Of a stretch of 64,000 bases of DNA, positions 58,533 through 64,000 are shown piece after piece; the first letter of the stretch is position 1, and the number at the start of each line of letters is the position of its first letter. This stretch comes from Deltaproteobacteria bacterium (GTDB lineage Bacteria; Desulfobacterota; Binatia; UBA12015). Made by a program: the position numbers and the translations under genes. A model generated the notes under the pieces. The model saw only the letters and a program-made list of their open reading frames with translations. It was not told the origin of the DNA and searched no databases. The stretch covers positions 10,867 to 74,866 of the forward strand of contig JAYGCM010000045.1 in NCBI GenBank assembly GCA_046583355.1. The letters run 5' to 3'.

Positions 58533-59381
58533 GTGGGCTGGCTCCGGCAGCACTCAGTGCTGGTCACCACGGGTAGCCTGCTTCTGCTCTCGCTTGCCCT
58601 GTTGCTCGCGAATTCGGACGGCAGCCGGCGCGTCGACCCTCTCGGCGTGGTATTTCTTGAGCTTGTCGCCCCGGTTGCCAGCCTCTCCGCCAACGCGACC
58701 ACGCGCCTCTCATCGGCCTGGCAATCCTACGTTGACCTGGTCGGCGTTCGCGAAGAGCGGGAATGGCTGCGGACACGAGTTCGGGAGCTCGAACTCGAAC
58801 TCGATCGGCAGCACCGTATCGGCGAGGAGAACCTTCGGCTGAAAGCGATTCTCCAACTCCGCGACGAACTCGGCGCCATGCCGGTTGCCGCGCGCATCAC
58901 CGGCATCGGTGCAAGCCGGCTCTTCCATACCGCGACGATCAACCGCGGCACGTCGCAGGGAGTCACCGAAGGTATGGCCGTGCTCGCGCGCCCCGGCGTG
59001 GTCGGCCGAATCGTCGCCGCCAGCCCCAATGCCGCGCGCGTCCTGCTCCTCGAAGACCCCACCAGTGGTGTCGACGCGGTGGTCCAGCGCTCACGTGCCC
59101 GGGGCATTGTGGAGGGCGGCGCGAGCGGCCTATTGCACCTGAAATTCGTCCGCCGCGGCGATGAACTTCGACTCGGCGACGAGATCGTCACCTCCGGCCT
59201 CGACGGAATCTTCCCCCGCGGCATCCCCCTGGGCCATATCGCCACCGTCCAGACGAGCGAATCCGGCCTCTTCCAGATTGCCGAACTGGCCCCCGTGGTC
59301 GATTTTGAGAGGCTCGAAGAGGTTCTTGTACTGGCATTGCCGGAACGCGAGATGCCTCCGGCGGCAGGGGAGACGCGATGA
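58533..59381 (+). CDS. mreC: Rod shape protein MreC
   Basis: TM plus coiled coil (EN.RL..IL), IN.G...GV..GM.V, TSGLDGIFP.GIP.G; synteny. Confidence 0.93.
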   Translation: MGWLRQHSVLVTTGSLLLLSLALLLANSDGSRRVDPLGVVFLELVAPVASLSANATTRLSSAWQSYVDLVGVREEREWLRTRVRELELELDRQHRIGEENLRLKAILQLRDELGAMPVAARITGIGASRLFHTATINRGTSQGVTEGMAVLARPGVVGRIVAASPNAARVLLLEDPTSGVDAVVQRSRARGIVEGGASGLLHLKFVRRGDELRLGDEIVTSGLDGIFPRGIPLGHIATVQTSESGLFQIAELAPVVDFERLEEVLVLALPEREMPPAAGETR

Positions 59382-59893
59382 GAATGCGCTCCTTTCTGAT
59401 CCTCGCACTCTCGGGCATCTTGGCCGTGGTGATGCAGACCACGCCCATCGGCCGTCTCGGCATCCTGCCGGCGGCACCGAATCTTATCCTCGTATTAGTC
59501 GTCTATCTGGGCCTGCGCATGCCGACTCCGGCTGGCGCCTTGGGTGCCTTCCTCCTCGGCTACCTCCTCGACACCTTCTCCGGAAGCGTGCCGGGGTTGC
59601 ATTGCTTCACCATGACTCTGGTCTTCGCCATGGTGTATCTTGTGTCGGGACGCTTATGGATGCAGAACCCCGTAACCAGTCTCGCGATCATGGTCCTCGC
59701 CTGTCTTCTCGAGATCTTCACGCTGGCCTCGTATTTTGCGTGGACCGGGGTCCTGGGCGCCAGCGCCTCCGGCTTGCTCGGCAAGCTGACCACCCCGGCT
59801 CTACTGGCACTCCTCGTCTCACCGCTGCTCTTCACCTTGCTCGATGCCTACGTTCCACTGATCCGCAGGAAGAAGGTCCATGCGGCTGACTGA
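59378..59893 (+). CDS. mreD: Rod shape protein MreD
   Basis: PNL.L..V.Y.G, AF.LG.L.D..SG...G; synteny. Confidence 0.9.
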   Translation: MRMRSFLILALSGILAVVMQTTPIGRLGILPAAPNLILVLVVYLGLRMPTPAGALGAFLLGYLLDTFSGSVPGLHCFTMTLVFAMVYLVSGRLWMQNPVTSLAIMVLACLLEIFTLASYFAWTGVLGASASGLLGKLTTPALLALLVSPLLFTLLDAYVPLIRRKKVHAAD

Positions 59894-61847
59894 CCCAGAG
59901 CCACCGGGCGAGTTGCGGCGGCGCTCCGGCATCGCGGGATTGGTCGTGCTGCTGCTTCTCGGGGGCATCGCGGCCAGACTTTTCACGCTCCAAGTCGGCG
60001 ATGGCCAGACCTGGCAATCACGCTCCAACCGAAATCGCATCCGGCTTGAGCGTACCGAGGCGGTACGCGGACGCATCCTCGACAGCCGCGGCGAACCACT
60101 TGCCGACAATCGCCCTTCCTTCGATATCGTCGTGGTGCCCGAAGACGTGCGCGACCTGGAGGCGACTCTGGCCGCGATGCGCGAGCTGACCGGCGCGCCG
60201 CTGCCGGAGGCCGAGCAGGTCCGCCGCCTCGCGCGCCAGCGCCCTCCCTTTGAAGGCATCACCTTGCGCCGTGATATCAAATGGGAGTCCGTCGTCGCGC
60301 TCAAGACCCGTGCACATGAACTGCCCGGCGTACGCCTCGAAGTCGGTCCGATGCGTACCTACCCCGAGGGAAGCCTCGCCTCGCATCTTCTCGGCTACCT
60401 AGGCGAGGTTTCGGAAAAAGATCTCTGCTGCGACGCGGACTACCGCGCCGGCGACCAGATCGGCAAAACCGGCACCGAGAAAATGTTTGAAGAGCGATTG
60501 CGCGGCGCCACCGGCGCGCAGCAGATCGAAGTCGATGCACGCGGTCGCCAGCTGCGGATCCTTTCCGAAGCACACGGCACGCGCGGGCAGAGTTTGTACC
60601 TGACGATCGACAAACGCCTACAGGCCTTCGCCGAACAACTCCTGGCCGACAAAGAAGGGGCGATCGTCGCGATTCGGCCGGCCACCGGCGAGGTGCTCAC
60701 ACTGGCCAGCGCTCCAGGCTTCGACCCGAATGATTTCGCCGGCGGCATCGCGACCGACGATTGGCAGGCATTGATCGAGAATCAACTTCGTCCGCTCAAC
60801 AACCGCGCCGTCCAGGGCCAATACCCGCCGGGTTCGACCTTCAAGATCGTCACGGCGGCCGCGGCTCTGGAAGAAAATATCATCACTCCCGAGACCGAGA
60901 TCTTCTGTGGCGGCGCCTATCAATTCGGCAACCGCCGCTACCGCTGTTGGCAAACCGGCGGCCACGGCAAGATCAACCTGCACGATGCGCTGGTCCAATC
61001 CTGCGATGTATTCTTCTATCAGGTCGGCCAGAAGCTCGGCGTCGACAAGATCGCCGAATACGCGAGGCGTTTCGGCCTCGGCGTCGACACCGGCATCGAC
61101 CTGAAGCATGAGAAGAGCGGCCTTGTGCCGACAAAAAGCTGGAAGAAGCGTCGCTATGGCGAACGCTGGTACTCCGGCGAGACGCTCTCGGTGGCGATCG
61201 GCCAGGGTTATCTGCTGACCACGCCGCTCCAGGTCGCCAATATGGCTGCGGCGGTCGCCAACGGGGGCGTGGTCATGCGCCCCCAGCTGGTCGCGCGGAT
61301 CGAGTCCGGCGACGGCGAAGTGCTGCACGAATTCAAACCAGAGGTCCAGAGCCGCATCGGCCTCTCCCCACGCACGCTACGACACATCCGCGAGGCCCTG
61401 CGCGATGTCGTCCATACCGACAAGGGAACCGGTCGCAAGGCACGCCTGGCGACCATCGAGGTCGCCGGCAAAAGCGGCACATCGCAGGTTTTCAAGATGG
61501 GCAAGAAGCAAATCAAGACGGCGGGACTCGCCCGCCATCTCCGCGACCATGCCTGGTTCATCGCCTTTGCCCCTGCCCTGGCCCCCGAGATCGCCATCGC
61601 CGTATTGGTCGAACACGCCGGCGGCGGCGGCGGCTCGCATGCCGCACCTCTGGCCCGCGACCTGGCCGATTTCTATTTCGCCCTGACTCGCGGCCGCGAC
61701 TATCGCATCGCCGACTCCGGTGCGCGTGCGTGGCCGGCGCCCTGGGCGACACCCCGGCCGGCCACGATCGCACGCAAGATTCCGCAAGGTGCGGCAACGC
61801 TGGCCGACTCCGCAACCGACACCGTGCTGCCAAAGATCGAGGGCTGA
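59880..61847 (+). CDS. mrdA: Penicillin-binding protein 2
   Basis: RG.I.D, YPPGSTFK (SxxK), SCD.FFY, KSGT, DHAWF. Confidence 0.95.
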   Translation: MRLTDPEPPGELRRRSGIAGLVVLLLLGGIAARLFTLQVGDGQTWQSRSNRNRIRLERTEAVRGRILDSRGEPLADNRPSFDIVVVPEDVRDLEATLAAMRELTGAPLPEAEQVRRLARQRPPFEGITLRRDIKWESVVALKTRAHELPGVRLEVGPMRTYPEGSLASHLLGYLGEVSEKDLCCDADYRAGDQIGKTGTEKMFEERLRGATGAQQIEVDARGRQLRILSEAHGTRGQSLYLTIDKRLQAFAEQLLADKEGAIVAIRPATGEVLTLASAPGFDPNDFAGGIATDDWQALIENQLRPLNNRAVQGQYPPGSTFKIVTAAAALEENIITPETEIFCGGAYQFGNRRYRCWQTGGHGKINLHDALVQSCDVFFYQVGQKLGVDKIAEYARRFGLGVDTGIDLKHEKSGLVPTKSWKKRRYGERWYSGETLSVAIGQGYLLTTPLQVANMAAAVANGGVVMRPQLVARIESGDGEVLHEFKPEVQSRIGLSPRTLRHIREALRDVVHTDKGTGRKARLATIEVAGKSGTSQVFKMGKKQIKTAGLARHLRDHAWFIAFAPALAPEIAIAVLVEHAGGGGGSHAAPLARDLADFYFALTRGRDYRIADSGARAWPAPWATPRPATIARKIPQGAATLADSATDTVLPKIEG

Positions 61848-61851
61848 GCCG

Positions 61852-62988
61852 ATGCCGTTGATGGTCGACCGTCGTCTGATCGCGCGCTTCGACGTGATCC
61901 TCCTCTTCACCATGATGATGATCGTCGCGCTGGGTATCGTCACGGTATATAGCGCGACCTATGCGCCGGGGAGCGAAACGCTCTCGCATTATGCCTCGCG
62001 ACAAGCCCTCTGGGGTCTGCTCGGCATGGTTGCCGCGCTCGCCATGGTCGGCTTCGACTACCGCCGCCTCGAGCGCTGGGCACCGGCGATCTACGGCGTC
62101 GGACTCATCTTGCTTATGGCGGTTCCCCTGGTCGGCTCCATGGGTGGCGGCTCGCGCCGCTGGCTCTCCCTCGGCCCCATGAACCTCCAACCTTCCGAGA
62201 CCATGAAGCTCGCCCTGGTGATCCTGCTATCGCGCTATTTTCACCACAATTCGCGGCCCGGCGGACTCAAACTACGGGACTACGGCATCCCGGCCCTTTA
62301 TACCTTGGTGCCTGTCGTGCTGATCCTCACCCAGCCGGATCTCGGCACGGCCAGCCTGCTGGTCTTTCTTTTCGCGACCATGGCGTTGCTCGCCGGACCG
62401 AGTCCGCGCACCCTGGCGATCGTCGGCGGCACCATCGTCGCCATGCTGCCCTTGATCCCTTTCCTCTACTCCCAGCTCAAAGAGTACCAGCAACGCCGTC
62501 TGACGACGTTCCTGAACCCCGAACTCGACCCGCTCGGGGCTGGCTACCATGTGATCCAATCGAAAATTGCGATCGGCTCCGGCGGTCTTTGGGGCAAGGG
62601 CTTTCTCGACGGCACCCAGAACCAGCTGAACTTCCTGCCCGAGCAGCATACCGATTTCATTTTCTCGGTCTTCTCGGAAGAATGGGGTTTCGTCGGCGCC
62701 GTAGCCCTGCTCAGCCTCTATGCGATCCTCCTGCTGCGCGGCCTCTTCGTCGTCGGACACGCCAAGGAGCGCTTCGGTGCGCTCCTCGCCTTCGGCATTC
62801 TCGCCAACGTCTTCTGGCAGGTGATCATCAACCTGGGCATGACCACCGGCCTTATGCCGGTCGTCGGCATGACCCTGCCCTACTTCAGCTACGGCGGGTC
62901 CTCTCTCCTCACCCTGATGGCGAGCATGGGCCTGGTGATCAACGTCAGTACCCGCCGCCTCGACCGCCAGCGCCTGCCCCGCTTCTAG
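61852..62988 (+). CDS. rodA: SEDS glycosyltransferase RodA
   Basis: G.RRWL, QPSE..K, QPDLGT, GY...QS.IAIGSGG, FLPE.HTDFIF, SYGGSS. Confidence 0.96.
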   Translation: MPLMVDRRLIARFDVILLFTMMMIVALGIVTVYSATYAPGSETLSHYASRQALWGLLGMVAALAMVGFDYRRLERWAPAIYGVGLILLMAVPLVGSMGGGSRRWLSLGPMNLQPSETMKLALVILLSRYFHHNSRPGGLKLRDYGIPALYTLVPVVLILTQPDLGTASLLVFLFATMALLAGPSPRTLAIVGGTIVAMLPLIPFLYSQLKEYQQRRLTTFLNPELDPLGAGYHVIQSKIAIGSGGLWGKGFLDGTQNQLNFLPEQHTDFIFSVFSEEWGFVGAVALLSLYAILLLRGLFVVGHAKERFGALLAFGILANVFWQVIINLGMTTGLMPVVGMTLPYFSYGGSSLLTLMASMGLVINVSTRRLDRQRLPRF

Positions 62989-63151
62989 AGGCCCGGCCGA
63001 GAAGTAGGGCTTTGCACAGAGGCCGTCGATTCTGGCTGCTGGCAAGAAAGGCGACCGAGAAATAGCCGTAGCTATTGGGAGGGAGCGTGACGCAGACCAG
63101 CAGCCAGAACCGGCGGCCGGATGCAGGCCTACTTTTCGGCCGTGCCTCTAG
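62985..63151 (-). mobile_element. 167-bp MITE/REPIN-like hairpin element, copy 2
   Basis: Inverted copy of 49629-49795; CTAG at both ends; its TAG is the rodA stop. Confidence 0.85.
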
Positions 63152-63181
63152 GGCGTCAGGCGCATTCGCGCGTCCAATGCG

Positions 63182-63508
63182 TCAGGCAATCGCCCCGTCT
63201 ACTGCGTCCGTAAGCTTCTGCTTGGGTACGGCACCGATGATCTGTTGGTGCACCGTGCCGCCCTTGAAGACGATGAGGTTCGGGATGCCACGGACACCGA
63301 AGCGGCCCGGCGTTTTCGGGTTGTCGTCGACGTTCATCTTGACGACCTTGAGCTTGCCCTCGTATTCGGCGGCGAGCTCATCGACGAGCGGTGCGATCGC
63401 GCGGCAGGGGCCGCACCAGGGCGCCCAGAAATCGATCAGGACCGGCACGTCCGATTGCAGAACCTCTGCGTCAAAGGTTGCGTCCGTAATTTCGCTGACT
63501 CCGGCCAT
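63182..63508 (-). CDS. trxA: Thioredoxin
   Basis: DFWAPWCGPC, GIP; AAGGAG RBS. Confidence 0.97.
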   Translation of the reverse strand: MAGVSEITDATFDAEVLQSDVPVLIDFWAPWCGPCRAIAPLVDELAAEYEGKLKVVKMNVDDNPKTPGRFGVRGIPNLIVFKGGTVHQQIIGAVPKQKLTDAVDGAIA

Positions 63509-63597
63509 GCATAATCTCCTTGGTTTCCCAGCCCCTGCACTCTCGGCCGGGTTCCCAACCTAACACCGATTCCGGGCCTGTCCAGCACCACCCTTGC

Positions 63598-63981
63598 TCA
63601 TTCGATTCCACGAGCGGCGTCTGCTTCGAGCAGGCGCGGGTTCGACACCGAGAGCTTGTCGCGGACCTCACTGCGCAAAAAGACAAGCAACCTCGAGCGG
63701 GCCTCGCCGACGTCGAAATCTCCCCGACGGACGCCCTCGGCGAGCGCCGCCATGGCGTCTGCGCTATCTCCAACCCCTTCGCCCAGAAGGTTGGCGAGCC
63801 CCTCCTCGGTACGCGCCCGGCGCGCATCCACGGTTTCCATTTCGCGTGCGGCCATGCGCAATGCGTTCGCCGCCACGCGCGCAAGGAACTGCCGCCTCCC
63901 CGCAAGCTCCGACACCACGTCTTCCTCAAGGAAGCGCTCAACGGCCACCAGAAGATCTTTCGTCGTCGGGAGATCGCCCAT
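63598..63981 (-). CDS. DUF6285-like protein
   Basis: D.PT...L..AV..FL...V......F.ARVAANAL...RE...KL.V.NP pattern. Confidence 0.7.
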   Translation of the reverse strand: MGDLPTTKDLLVAVERFLEEDVVSELAGRRQFLARVAANALRMAAREMETVDARRARTEEGLANLLGEGVGDSADAMAALAEGVRRGDFDVGEARSRLLVFLRSEVRDKLSVSNPRLLEADAARGIE

Positions 63982-64000
63982 ACTAGAGCGCCTTTCCTTC

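Overview
GC-rich bacterial chromosomal segment of about 53 genes. The mix of myxobacterial-style Cys-rich secreted proteins, many acyl-CoA dehydrogenases, a P450 and DUF3604-like proteins suggests a Deltaproteobacteria-like lineage such as Ca. Binatota (inference only). Housekeeping genes: mgtE, hrpB, ychF, pgm, bioF, bioD, radA, ppiD, mreBCD-mrdA-rodA, trxA. There are also lipid/CoA-ester catabolic genes. Four features stand out. (1) An operon with a candidate sigma54 promoter in which nirBD and a NarK/NRT2 transporter bracket a Nas-type molybdoenzyme together with a NarI-like membrane protein, a four-cluster Fe-S protein and a Tat-motif, disulfide-type Rieske protein; this looks like an assimilatory nitrate reductase with respiratory-style wiring. 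(2) A 167-bp CTAG-flanked hairpin element present twice, where 10 of the 16 differences between copies are compensatory base-pair changes, plus several solo ends. (3) A ~3-kb cassette just downstream of ychF, bounded by 75+ bp imperfect inverted repeats, carrying a membrane protein, a lipoprotein haloalkane dehalogenase with a Cys-rich tail and an orphan 60-bp copy of part of the first gene. (4) bioF-bioD translationally coupled to an acyl-CoA dehydrogenase and divergent from a small-ORF/Coq4-like/P450 unit. I recognised no tRNA, rRNA, CRISPR array, integrase, transposase or reverse transcriptase. All calls are by eye from motifs; no database searches were run.
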